NCBI GenBank assembly: GCA_037724045.1
Contig: JBBJOW010000007.1
Coordinates: forward strand, 7,324 to 71,323
Direction: 5' to 3'
Source: Solirubrobacteraceae bacterium
GTDB taxonomy: Bacteria; Actinomycetota; Thermoleophilia; Solirubrobacterales; Solirubrobacteraceae
DNA: 64,000 nt
Positions 54,692-63,164 of this stretch are shown here, one piece after another. A program made the position numbers and the translations under genes. The stretch's first letter is position 1. Each line of letters opens with the position of its first letter. The notes under the pieces were generated by a model, which ran no database searches, was not told the DNA's origin, and was given only the letters and a program-made list of their open reading frames with translations.

Positions 54692-55427
54692 CGATCAGCG
54701 GCACGCCGGCGCCGATGCGCGCCGACAGCCAGGTGATCGCCTTCGTGGTGAGGCGGACGCAGCCGTGTGAGGCGGCGGTGCCGAGCGGGTCGCCCAGCAG
54801 GTTGCGCCCGTGGACAGCGATCTGGCCGGGCCCGCCGTTGAACTCTTGAAGGACGTTCGAGCGCGAGCTGGTGGCGAGGGCGAACGGGCCGCCGGCATCA
54901 CTCGAGGTCAGCGCCACCGCCTCCTCGATGAAGAAGCGTCCGCGCGGGGTCGGCGTGGACGGCGCGCCCACGACAGCGGAGTACCGGCGGATGCGCTTGC
55001 CGTAGCGGTAGACGCTGACGGTCCGCGAGTTGAGCCCGATGGAGAGATGCCAGGGTGTGAAGGTGGGGACGGTGCCCGCGGCCTTGATCCAGCCGGTGCT
55101 CGAGTTGGGGCGCCCGGGCAGCGCGACGCGGACCCAGGTCTTGCCGTTGCGCGCCTCGACGCGGTCGAGCTCCGGCAGGACGGTGCGCACGCGCGTGAGC
55201 GGGCGGCGACCGGGGACGCTCATGACCCGGCGGGCGCTTGCCTTCGGCGCGCTGCGGGCGCCGTGATCGTTCAGCAGCTGCACAAGCCGCTGGCGCTGCG
55301 GCACCGCCTCGGCGGGCGGCGCGACGACGGCGGACGCGGCCGCGGTGCCGAGGACGGCGACCCCGAACGCCGCGAGCCCCCGGCGAATGCCGGAGGCTCG
55401 GAGGGCGCTGCCGGGGACTTGGGTCAT
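54681..55427 (-). CDS. L,D-transpeptidase (YkuD domain) protein
   Basis: Signal peptide, then ...STPTPRGRFFIEE...IAVHGRNLLGDPLGTAASHGCVRL (catalytic H..SHGC.R motif). ATGA overlap with the upstream gene. Confidence 0.85.
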   Translation of the reverse strand: MTQVPGSALRASGIRRGLAAFGVAVLGTAAASAVVAPPAEAVPQRQRLVQLLNDHGARSAPKASARRVMSVPGRRPLTRVRTVLPELDRVEARNGKTWVRVALPGRPNSSTGWIKAAGTVPTFTPWHLSIGLNSRTVSVYRYGKRIRRYSAVVGAPSTPTPRGRFFIEEAVALTSSDAGGPFALATSSRSNVLQEFNGGPGQIAVHGRNLLGDPLGTAASHGCVRLTTKAITWLSARIGAGVPLIVRQ

Positions 55428-56650
55428 CCGGTGAACTGCGACGGGCCCTGCTTCGGGCGCAGGACCTGGGCGGCGCATGCGCGGTAGTTGAACTTCAGGT
55501 GCTTGGTCCGCGTGGCGTCCGTGAACGTCACGCGTGCTTTGAGGACGCCGCGGCGACCGACGTCGGGGCGCACGGTGACGTGGAAGTTGCGCCCGTTGCG
55601 CTTCGCGATCTGTTTGCCGCGGATCGTGAAGATCACCTGCTTGATCCTGCGGCCCCGGACCGCCGCGCGGAAGCCGGTCGTGCAGCGGGCCATCGGCGCG
55701 CCGGGGGTCAGCTTGGCGGTGCCCTTGCGGGTGGGGATGTCGTTGGGGCTGCCGGGCTGGTTCTGATTGCCGTTCGGCGGATTGCCGGGCATCGATGGAC
55801 CCGGTCCCGAACCCGGTCCCGAACCCGGTCCCGAACCCGGTCCCGAACCCGGTCCCGAACCCGAACCCGGGGCCGTGCCGTCCGGGGCCGTGCCGTCCGG
55901 GGCCGTGCCGTCCGGGGCCGTGCCGTCTGGGGCCGGTGGGTTGCACGGCGAGGCGTCGAGCGTGTTGTCGTCCAGCGTGACCGCGCCGTTGCGGGCGAGC
56001 ATGCGGCCGATGACCGAGGCGTTGTTGTTCAGCGTGATCGACGTCAGCGCCAGCACGCTGCCCTGGAAGGCGGTGGTGGAGCCCAGCGTCGCCGAGCTGC
56101 CCACCTGCCAGAAGACGTTGCAGGGCGAGGCGCCGTTGATCAGCCGCACCGAGCTGGCCGACGCGGTGGTCAGCGAGGAGCCGATCTTGAAAACGAACTG
56201 CGCGGCGGGATCGCCCTGCGCGTCGAGGGTGAGCTGGCCGGTCAGCTGCGCCGAGCTGGCGTAGTTGTAGGCGCCGGCGGTCAGGCTGAGCCCGCCGAGG
56301 TCCTGGCCGGTCAGGTCTGACGTGGTCGGCTCGGAGGCCGCCACGTTGTAGGCCGTGGTGAGGTCGCTCTGACCGGACGCCGCGACGGCGTCGTTGTTGT
56401 GCGTGGCGCCGTTGACGACCGCCGCGTTGAAGCCCGTCAGCGACGTCCCCGGGGACACGCCGAGATCGCCGTTGAGCACCGAGGCGCCGGTGTTCGTGAC
56501 CGAGGAACCGCCGAGCACCACGAAGGGGCCTGCGGTGCCGAGGTTGACCGCCGCGGCGTCCGCAGCTGCCGGCATGGCCGCGAAGGCGGCTCCGGCGGTG
56601 AGGATGATTCCGGCGCGACGAGCGCGCGTGAGGCAGGACGGACTTGACAT
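55424..56650 (-). CDS. Secreted ice-binding-like (DUF3494) beta-helix protein with repeat linker and basic C-terminal module
   Basis: LGTAGPFVVLGGSSVTNTGASVLNGDLGVSPGTSLTGF...LTAGAYNYASSAQLTGQLTLDAQGDPAAQFVFKIGSSLTTAS...NVFWQVGSSATLG is the DUF3494 signature. It is followed by (APDGT)x4 and (GSGP)x5. Confidence 0.8.
   Translation of the reverse strand: MSSPSCLTRARRAGIILTAGAAFAAMPAAADAAAVNLGTAGPFVVLGGSSVTNTGASVLNGDLGVSPGTSLTGFNAAVVNGATHNNDAVAASGQSDLTTAYNVAASEPTTSDLTGQDLGGLSLTAGAYNYASSAQLTGQLTLDAQGDPAAQFVFKIGSSLTTASASSVRLINGASPCNVFWQVGSSATLGSTTAFQGSVLALTSITLNNNASVIGRMLARNGAVTLDDNTLDASPCNPPAPDGTAPDGTAPDGTAPDGTAPGSGSGPGSGPGSGPGSGPGSGPGPSMPGNPPNGNQNQPGSPNDIPTRKGTAKLTPGAPMARCTTGFRAAVRGRRIKQVIFTIRGKQIAKRNGRNFHVTVRPDVGRRGVLKARVTFTDATRTKHLKFNYRACAAQVLRPKQGPSQFTG
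55803..55934. repeat. In-frame tandem repeats (12-bp x5, then 15-bp x4)
   Basis: GGTCCCGAACCC x5 (55803-55862) and GGGGCCGTGCCGTCC x4 (55869-55928). They encode the GSGP and APDGT repeats of the minus-strand gene. Confidence 0.9.
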
Positions 56651-56924
56651 CGGACACCTTCCTGGGTGAGGAGCAGTCCATCATACGTCGCGTCTCCTCG
56701 GGAGCCCGGCGGACTCCGGTCGGAGTTCCGTGGCTTTGCGGACCCGCCTCGCGACGGGGGTGCCTTTGTCGAGGACTGCTCTTGTCCGTCCTGTGTCGGC
56801 ATCCGCGCGACCGAGCCGTATACCTCAAACGGGGGACACGGCGATCCTTCTTTGCATCCGCTTCGGGCGAGCGTGCGTACTATGTGGTGTGTCAGGCTCG
56901 GAAGAAGAACTGACTGGTCCCCGC

Positions 56925-58589
56925 ATGACCCGGGTCGAATCCGGATCGGTCCCCGCGCGCAGCAGCGACGCGCGACTCATTGCGCGGTCGCTGGCAGGGC
57001 TGTTCTTCGCCGGCGCGACACTCGCGCTGCTCACGCTGGCGCTCCCCCACCTGGCGAACCCCGATCAGATCGGCGTGGTCTCGGTCGTCACCGTCGCCTA
57101 CATCGTCTCCGCGCTGCTCTTCCTCAGGGCCGACCGGACTCCGCAGTGGCTCATCCACGCGGCACTCGCAACCGGGACAACTTGCGTCACGGTCGTCTCC
57201 TACTTCGCTGCGGGCCGGCCGAGCCCGCTGATCTTCTTCTACCTATGGATCTTCCTGTACTCCTCGTACTTCTTCACGCGGCGCCAGACGGCCGCGCACA
57301 TCGTCTACGTGGGCGTGACGTTCGGATGGCTGCTGCTCGAGGGGCGGCCGGGCGGCGAGGCTGCCCAGTGGTGGATCGTCGGCATGGGAGCGATGCTCGT
57401 GGCTGCCGCCTTGGTCACCCACACGCGCGAGCGCAGCGAGGACCTCATCGCCCAGCTGCACGACAGCGCGCGGACGGATCCGCTGACTAGGCTGCTCAAT
57501 CGCCGCGGTTTTCGCGAGCTGCTCGACGTCGAGCTCGAACGGTGCCGGCGGACGAACAGCCGCTCGGCGGTGCTGATCGGTGACCTGGACTACTTCAAAG
57601 AGGTCAACGACCGTGCCGGACACGCGGCGGGTGACCAGGTGCTGCAGCGGGTCGCGCGCATCCTCCAGACCGGTGCGCGCAAGATCGACTCGGCTGCCCG
57701 CATCGGCGGCGAGGAGTTCGTCCTGATCCTGCCCGACACCGACGACCTGGGGACCTTGAGCATCGCCGAGCGGCTGCGCAGCGCCATCCAGGACGAGTTC
57801 GCGAGCGATCTGGTGCCGATCACCATCAGCTTCGGCATCGCGGCCTTTCCCGCCCAAGGCGAGACCGCCGGCGCGCTGTTGCGGGCGGCCGACGAGGCCT
57901 TGTACGCAGCCAAGGCGAACGGCCGCAACCGCACGGTCATCCACAGTCCGCTGCTGCGCGACATGGGCGTCGGCCCGAGGGCCCTCGGCGGCGAGCGCTA
58001 CGAGCTCGTGCTGCATGAGCTCGCCGAAGAAGTCGACCTCCGTTTCAGCGGCAGCGCGCGGCACTCGGAGACCGTCGGCCGATACGCCGCGCTGATCGCC
58101 ACGGAGCTCGGTCTGCCACCCGAGGAGGTCGAGCGCATCCGGGTCGGCGGATTCCTGCACGACATCGGGAAGGTCATGGTGCCCGACGAAATCCTCCAGA
58201 AGCAGGGGCCCCTCACGCCGGACGAGTGGGAGACGATCCGAGGCCACCCGGAGCTCGGCGCCCAGCTCATCGGGCACCCGAGCCTCAGAAATGTGCGCGA
58301 CTGGGTCAGCGCGCATCACGAGCGGCTCGACGGAACGGGCTATCCGCTCGGATCCGCAGCGGCGGACATCCCGCTGGAGGCGCGCATCCTCGCGGTGGCG
58401 GATGCCTACGAGGCGATGACCTGCGACCGCGCCTACCGCGCCGCCATCGGGACCGAGCACGCTCGCGCCGAGCTGCAGGCCAACGTCGGCACGCAATTCG
58501 ACGGCGCGGTCGTGGCGGCACTGCTCGCGGTGCTCGGCCGCCAGGCGCAGGAGCGGTCGCCAGAACGACCGGGAACCATCCCGGCCTGA
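56925..58589 (+). CDS. Membrane-anchored diguanylate cyclase (GGDEF) fused to an HD-GYP phosphodiesterase domain
   Basis: N-terminal TM segments; DPLTRLLNRRGF...DLDYFKEVNDRAGHAAGDQVL...RIGGEEFVLIL (GGEEF); then FLHDIGKVMVPDEIL...HHERLDGTGYP (HD-GYP). Confidence 0.9.
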   Translation: MTRVESGSVPARSSDARLIARSLAGLFFAGATLALLTLALPHLANPDQIGVVSVVTVAYIVSALLFLRADRTPQWLIHAALATGTTCVTVVSYFAAGRPSPLIFFYLWIFLYSSYFFTRRQTAAHIVYVGVTFGWLLLEGRPGGEAAQWWIVGMGAMLVAAALVTHTRERSEDLIAQLHDSARTDPLTRLLNRRGFRELLDVELERCRRTNSRSAVLIGDLDYFKEVNDRAGHAAGDQVLQRVARILQTGARKIDSAARIGGEEFVLILPDTDDLGTLSIAERLRSAIQDEFASDLVPITISFGIAAFPAQGETAGALLRAADEALYAAKANGRNRTVIHSPLLRDMGVGPRALGGERYELVLHELAEEVDLRFSGSARHSETVGRYAALIATELGLPPEEVERIRVGGFLHDIGKVMVPDEILQKQGPLTPDEWETIRGHPELGAQLIGHPSLRNVRDWVSAHHERLDGTGYPLGSAAADIPLEARILAVADAYEAMTCDRAYRAAIGTEHARAELQANVGTQFDGAVVAALLAVLGRQAQERSPERPGTIPA

Positions 58590-58591
58590 TC

Positions 58592-59662
58592 ATGCGGCGA
58601 CGCCACGCAGCTTTGCTGACGCTGTCGAGCCTGGCGGTCGCTGCGGGAGCCCCGTCCTCGGTCTCCGCGAAGCCCGTGCGCCTGACGATCGAGGTCAACG
58701 GCGACCTGCTGATCCACCAACCCGTCTGGCAGCGGGCGGCGGCGCTCGCCGACGGCGGCGGCTACGACTTCGCGCCGATGCTGCGCCGCATCCGCCCGTT
58801 CGTGCGCGGCGCCGACCTCGCGCTGTGCCACGTCGAGACGCCGATGACCAACGCGCCGCCGGCCGGCTACCCCGTCTTCAACACCCCGCCGGCGCTGGCG
58901 CGCGCGATCCGCAAGACGGGCTGGGACTCCTGCAGCACCGCGTCCAACCACACGCTCGACCAAGGACAGGCCGGCGTCGAGGGGACGCTGCGCGCGCTCA
59001 ACCACGCCGGCGTCCGTCACGCCGGGTCCGCCGGCTCGGCGCGGCGCGCTCGCAAGATCACGATCCTGCGCGCTCGCGGGGTCAAGGTCGCCCACCTCGC
59101 CTACACGGCCTCCACCAACGGGATCGCGCCGCCGCATCCCTACTCGGTGAAGCTGGCCAGCGCCCGCCGCATCAAGCGCGACGCTCGCCGGGCGAGGCGC
59201 CTCGGCGCGCAGGCGGTGATCGTGAACCTGCACTGGGGCACGGAGTACCAGCACGCGCCCGACGCCTTGCAGCGCCGCCTCGTCGATCAGCTCGCAGGGA
59301 CGCGCGCCATCACGGCGATCGTCGGCCAGCACGCGCACGTGGTCCAGCCGATCCGCCGACCGGGAGGTCGCTGGGTCGTCTACGGCGAGGGGAACCTGCT
59401 CTCCAACCAGACGGCGGCGTGCTGCCCCGCGGCCACCCAGGACGGCATGCTCGCCCTGCTGCACCTGCGTGTGAACGGCAACCGCAGCCGCGTCAAGCGG
59501 GTCACCTACGTCCCGACCTGGGTCCGCCACCCCGACTACACGGTGCTGCCCGTGCGCTCGGCGCTGCGCGACGGGACCGCCCACGAGGCGGAGCTGCGGG
59601 CGTCGTGGGCCCGGACCGTCGGCGTCGTCGGCCGCAGCCGGCACCTCTGGCCCACCGGGTAG
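58592..59662 (+). CDS. CapA-family (poly-gamma-glutamate capsule synthesis / metallophosphatase-like) protein
   Basis: Signal peptide MRRRHAALLTLSSLAVAAGA, then GDLLIHQPV...ADLALCHVETP...NHTLD.G..G...T...L...G..H.G...IVNLHWGTEY...IVGQHAHVVQP. Confidence 0.85.
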   Translation: MRRRHAALLTLSSLAVAAGAPSSVSAKPVRLTIEVNGDLLIHQPVWQRAAALADGGGYDFAPMLRRIRPFVRGADLALCHVETPMTNAPPAGYPVFNTPPALARAIRKTGWDSCSTASNHTLDQGQAGVEGTLRALNHAGVRHAGSAGSARRARKITILRARGVKVAHLAYTASTNGIAPPHPYSVKLASARRIKRDARRARRLGAQAVIVNLHWGTEYQHAPDALQRRLVDQLAGTRAITAIVGQHAHVVQPIRRPGGRWVVYGEGNLLSNQTAACCPAATQDGMLALLHLRVNGNRSRVKRVTYVPTWVRHPDYTVLPVRSALRDGTAHEAELRASWARTVGVVGRSRHLWPTG

Positions 59663-59795
59663 CCGAAATACTCCCCCGGCGGGCCGTCTGCGCCCATGCG
59701 GCCGCCGCGACGGCGATGGCGACGGGCGATCGAGGCGACGGTCAGCTTTCGCATGGCGCGCGAACGAGGGTTGCCTGCGGCGAGGTCTCGCTCGG

Positions 59796-60866
59796 TTACT
59801 TGGTGCTGGTGCGGATAAGTTCTTCGAGTTGATCGAAGCGGCCATCGAGCGATCGCACGGTGCGCTGAGGCGTTCCGTCGCCGCTTGAGTCGTCGTCACC
59901 GCCCGCCACCGAGAAGAACAGAGCGAGCGCGACGAGCGAGACCGCCGCGACGGCGAGCGCCGCGCGCGTCGGCCGACTGCCCCGCGTTGCTTGGCTGCTC
60001 CGCGTTGCTTGGCTGCTCCGCGTTGCTTGGCTCCGCGTTGCTTGGCTCCGCGTTGCTTGGCTCCGCGTTGCTTGGCTGCTCCGCGTTGGTCGTGCGAGAT
60101 GCTGCGGCTGGGGGAGCGGGCGTGTCGCGTCGGCGTCGAGGTTGTCGAGGTTGTCGAGGGCCTCGCGTGCGCTTCGGGGTCGGCGAGCCGGATCCGACTC
60201 TGTCAGCCAAGCCACAAGCCCCGCGAGCCCGCCCTCGGTGATCTCGTCGATCAGCTTGCCGAGCGAGTAGAGGTCGCTCTGCCGGGAGGCGGCGGCGCCC
60301 TCCATCAACTCGGGCGCGAGGTAGCGCAGCGTGCCGACGATCGCCCCGGTCTGTGTCAGGCGGGTGGCTTCCTCGGCTTGCGCGATGCCGAAGTCCGTCA
60401 GGTGGACCCGCTCGTCGCTGCCGATGAGGACGTTGGCGGGCTTGATGTCACGATGCAGAACGCCCGCGCCATGGATGGCGTCGAGCGCCGAGAGGAGGTC
60501 GCGGGCGATCGTGCGCGCGGCGTCAGCAGTGGGCCGCGTGCTTGTCGTCAGCCGGTCCGCGAGCGTGCCGCCGTCCACGAACTCCATGACGAGGAACGGC
60601 GGCCCCTCCGTCTCGTAGTCGTAGATGCCGACGAGGTTTGGATGCGTCAAGCCGGCCGCGAGGCGGGCTTCCCGCGCGAAGCGCCTCAGGTAGTTCGGGT
60701 CGGTCGCCAGCGCGTCCGAGATCACCTTGATCGCCACCGGCCGCGCGAGGCGCTGGTCCTCGGCCAGCCAGACGACGGCCATCCCGCCTCGGCCGAGGAC
60801 CCGCTGGAGCTTGTAGCGCCCGTCGGCGAGTTCCGCGCCTGGGACGTACTCGAAGGCGCCCGTCAT
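59796..60866 (-). CDS. Ser/Thr protein kinase with tandem SQATR repeats and C-terminal TM segment
   Basis: GRGGMAVVWLA...VAIKVI...HRDIKPANVLI...LTDFGIA...GTLRYLAPE. The repeat region and the TM segment ALAVAAVSLVALALFF follow. Confidence 0.9.
   Translation of the reverse strand: MTGAFEYVPGAELADGRYKLQRVLGRGGMAVVWLAEDQRLARPVAIKVISDALATDPNYLRRFAREARLAAGLTHPNLVGIYDYETEGPPFLVMEFVDGGTLADRLTTSTRPTADAARTIARDLLSALDAIHGAGVLHRDIKPANVLIGSDERVHLTDFGIAQAEEATRLTQTGAIVGTLRYLAPELMEGAAASRQSDLYSLGKLIDEITEGGLAGLVAWLTESDPARRPRSAREALDNLDNLDADATRPLPQPQHLARPTRSSQATRSQATRSQATRSQATRSSQATRSSQATRGSRPTRAALAVAAVSLVALALFFSVAGGDDDSSGDGTPQRTVRSLDGRFDQLEELIRTSTK
59983..60089. repeat. In-frame 15/18-bp tandem repeats
   Basis: CGCGTTGCTTGGCT(GCT)C occurs six times plus a partial copy. 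It encodes (S)SQATR repeats of the kinase linker. Confidence 0.9.
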
Positions 60867-60867
60867 C

Positions 60868-61371
60868 TCAGTCGCCCTTCTTGTCCTTCTCGGCCTCTCT
60901 CGCTTCCTTCTCGGCCTCTCTCTCGGCCTCCGCGATCGCCCTTTCGGCGTCCTTGTCCGGGTCGTCCGGTGGTCCCGGTGCAGACGGTGGCTCCTGCGTA
61001 GCCGCTTCGTCATCCGCTGCGGGCGTCGGCGTCTGCACCTCGGGCACCGGCGTCTGCTGAGGCTCATCAGGCTCCGGCTCGCCCCGCAGCTCGGTTGTCA
61101 CGGCGCGCGACGTGCTGGCGATCGCTGCGTCGAGTCTCTGCGCGCTGCCATCGCCGAGCTCGCCGGTTGCGCGCAGCCGCACAACCGCTTTGCGCAGATC
61201 GTCGAGCGCGCGCTCGGCACCGACAATGTCGCCCGCCTGGGCCGCCTGCCGCGCCCGGTCGACATGATCGACCATCCCGACCTGCTCGAGCGGGGCGAGG
61301 TTGTCAGAGCCCCCGCATCCAACGAGAACAGCCGCCGCCACGACCAGGGTGCTCATATTCGGGGCGCGCAT
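60868..61371 (-). CDS. Lipoprotein, acidic/Pro-rich C-terminus
   Basis: MRAPNMSTLVVAAAVLVGCGG lipobox. Its stop lies 1 nt before the kinase start. The start could also be the upstream ATG 61404. Confidence 0.6.
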   Translation of the reverse strand: MRAPNMSTLVVAAAVLVGCGGSDNLAPLEQVGMVDHVDRARQAAQAGDIVGAERALDDLRKAVVRLRATGELGDGSAQRLDAAIASTSRAVTTELRGEPEPDEPQQTPVPEVQTPTPAADDEAATQEPPSAPGPPDDPDKDAERAIAEAEREAEKEAREAEKDKKGD

Positions 61372-61432
61372 GCTGCGAGCTTCCCCGGTGCAAATCTGTT
61401 TCATGCCGTGACCTACCTAACAGTGACAGCAG

Positions 61433-61506
61433 CGTCCCCGGCAGGACTCGAACCTGCGACCCGCTGCTTAGAAGGCAGCCGCTCTATCCAGCTGAGCTAC
61501 GGGGAC
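61433..61506 (-). tRNA. tRNA-Arg (anticodon TCT)
   Basis: Reverse complement GTCCCCG-TA-GCTC-AGCTGGATA-GAGC-G-GCTGC-CTTCTAA-GCAGC-GGGTC-GCAGG-TTCGAGT-CCTGC-CGGGGAC-G. CCA is not encoded. Confidence 0.95.
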
Positions 61507-61555
61507 AACGAGCCCAGAGGCTAACTGCGACCGCGTGCGGGCAGTCCCTCGGTGA

Positions 61556-61885
61556 ATGACTGACTACACGGCCACCGAGCAGGACCTGCGCGACCGCCTC
61601 GCCGACGTGCAGGCGCGGCTGGCGAAGCTGTCCGCGAAGCCTGAGCGCGGAGCGAACCTCTCGTTCGGCAAGCGCATCGGCGACGGGACGATCGAGGCGG
61701 TGAGCCGGCTGACCGACGTCGGCGTCGGCGAGAACCTCGAGGTGACCGAGGGGAAGATCACGCACGCGCTGGCGAAGCTCGAGGCCGGAACCTACGGGTG
61801 CTGCGACGTGTGCGGCACGCCGATCAACCCGAAGCGTCTCGCGGCGATGCCCGAGAGCGCGGTCTGCATCGACCACGCTCGCTGA
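61556..61885 (+). CDS. DksA/TraR-family C4 zinc-finger protein
   Basis: ...KLEAGTYGCCDVCGTPINPKRLAAMPESAVCIDHA (CxxC-x17-CxxH-like DksA C-terminus). Confidence 0.85.
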   Translation: MTDYTATEQDLRDRLADVQARLAKLSAKPERGANLSFGKRIGDGTIEAVSRLTDVGVGENLEVTEGKITHALAKLEAGTYGCCDVCGTPINPKRLAAMPESAVCIDHAR

Positions 61886-61891
61886 CGGACG

Positions 61892-62389
61892 TCAGTCCTC
61901 GTCGTCGTCGCCGGAGTCGTCCGGCGCCTGGTCGTCCTCGTGGGCGCTGTCCCACTCCTCGAGGACGGTGTCGAAGCGCTTGCCGCCCAGCCGGGAGGCG
62001 AGGTCGTCGTCGAGGTGGTCCGCCGCGGCGGCGACGGTCAGCACGGCGTTGCGCATCTCCCCCGCCTGCAGCGTGTCGCCCAGCAGGTCGTACTCGGCGA
62101 TCAGCGTCCCGTTGAGCAGGCGGAACTTCACGAAGACGTGGGTCTGGTTGAGGACGTTGAGGAGGTTGAGCGCCTCCGCCCCGCCGGGCGACTCGGGGTC
62201 GATGCCCTGGACCACCGGGGAGTGGACCTTGATCATCACGCTGGTCTCGTTCCACCGGTACGCGTGGACGAACACGCCCGCCGTGCCGAACAGCAGGCGG
62301 TAGCTGCGCTTGTCGGCCGAGGCATCGAACTGGAAGTCCTCGCGGATGAGGATCCCGGCGATCTGCTCGATGCTTGCGTTCACGTCCAT
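61892..62389 (-). CDS. YbjN-like (putative sensory-transduction/chaperone-like) protein with acidic tail
   Basis: MDVNASIEQIAGILIREDFQFDASADKRSYRLLFGTAGVFVHAY...LLNGTLIAEYDLLGDTLQAGEMRNAV. ATG 62389 was chosen. The upstream part of the ORF is Arg/Pro-rich and implausible. Confidence 0.65.
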   Translation of the reverse strand: MDVNASIEQIAGILIREDFQFDASADKRSYRLLFGTAGVFVHAYRWNETSVMIKVHSPVVQGIDPESPGGAEALNLLNVLNQTHVFVKFRLLNGTLIAEYDLLGDTLQAGEMRNAVLTVAAAADHLDDDLASRLGGKRFDTVLEEWDSAHEDDQAPDDSGDDDED

Positions 62390-62426
62390 TCGGCCGCATC
62401 TTCGCAGGCGAGGGGCGACTAGATGC

Positions 62427-63164
62427 TCAGGCGGTTCTCGGCTGGGCGGCCAGGGCAATCGCCGTCGCGTCCGCGAGGTCGCTCGCGAGACCGGCGGCGG
62501 CGCGGCCCTGCAGGCGGGAGGAGGTGCGCACGCGGACGGAGTGCAGGCGGTCGATGCGAAGGTCGTGGGCGCGTAGCGCGCGCTCGAGCGCCTCATCCTC
62601 GAGCGCTTCGAGCGGCTCGATGCCGCCGACGCGCCGGTAGGCGTCGGCGGTGAGCGACATGGAGGCGCCGGCGAAGTGATGGTGCTGGGCGGTCGGCGTG
62701 TGCGCGTGGACCGTGGCGAGGCGCTCGACGGCGCGAGCGGCGCGCCGCTCGAGGACGTCCGGATGCAGGTCGCCGCCGTCGAGCTCGATCCATCCGCCGA
62801 CGGCGTCGGCGCCTGTGGCGATCGCCTCGAGCTGGCGGACGAGCCAGTCGGAGGCGACGACGGAATCGGCGTCGGTGGACGCGATCAGCCCGGTCGGCGC
62901 GAGCAGGGACGCGGCAAGGTCCATGCCCATGCGGCGGGCGGGGCCGACCCCGCCGCCCGGGCCGGTCAGGACCGTCAGCCTCAAGCCGTTCGTCACGACG
63001 GCGGCGAGCGCCTCGCCGTGGGTGTCGTCAACACATTCCGGGTGCAGGACGAGAACGGCGGCGTACTCGTCGTGCCCGAGGCCGTCCTGGGCGGCGAGGG
63101 CGCGCAGGCAGGCGCCGATGGTCTCGGCCTCGTCGAGGGCGGGGATGACGACGACGGCCTTCAC
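62427..63164 (-). CDS. Family 2 glycosyltransferase
   Basis: MKAVVVIPALDEAETIGACLRAL...STDADSVV (DxD)... Confidence 0.8.
   Translation of the reverse strand: MKAVVVIPALDEAETIGACLRALAAQDGLGHDEYAAVLVLHPECVDDTHGEALAAVVTNGLRLTVLTGPGGGVGPARRMGMDLAASLLAPTGLIASTDADSVVASDWLVRQLEAIATGADAVGGWIELDGGDLHPDVLERRAARAVERLATVHAHTPTAQHHHFAGASMSLTADAYRRVGGIEPLEALEDEALERALRAHDLRIDRLHSVRVRTSSRLQGRAAAGLASDLADATAIALAAQPRTA

Noticed and set aside
55795-55980. Possible CRISPR-like or non-coding repeat array
   Set aside because: The repeats are contiguous 12- and 15-bp units without spacers. They are in frame within a well-supported minus-strand coding sequence. No cas genes are present in the window.
54681-56828. 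715-aa minus-strand ORF
   Set aside because: Only the last 249 codons (the L,D-transpeptidase, 54681-55427) are credible. Upstream it runs out of frame across the DUF3494 gene and is Arg/Pro/Gly-rich.
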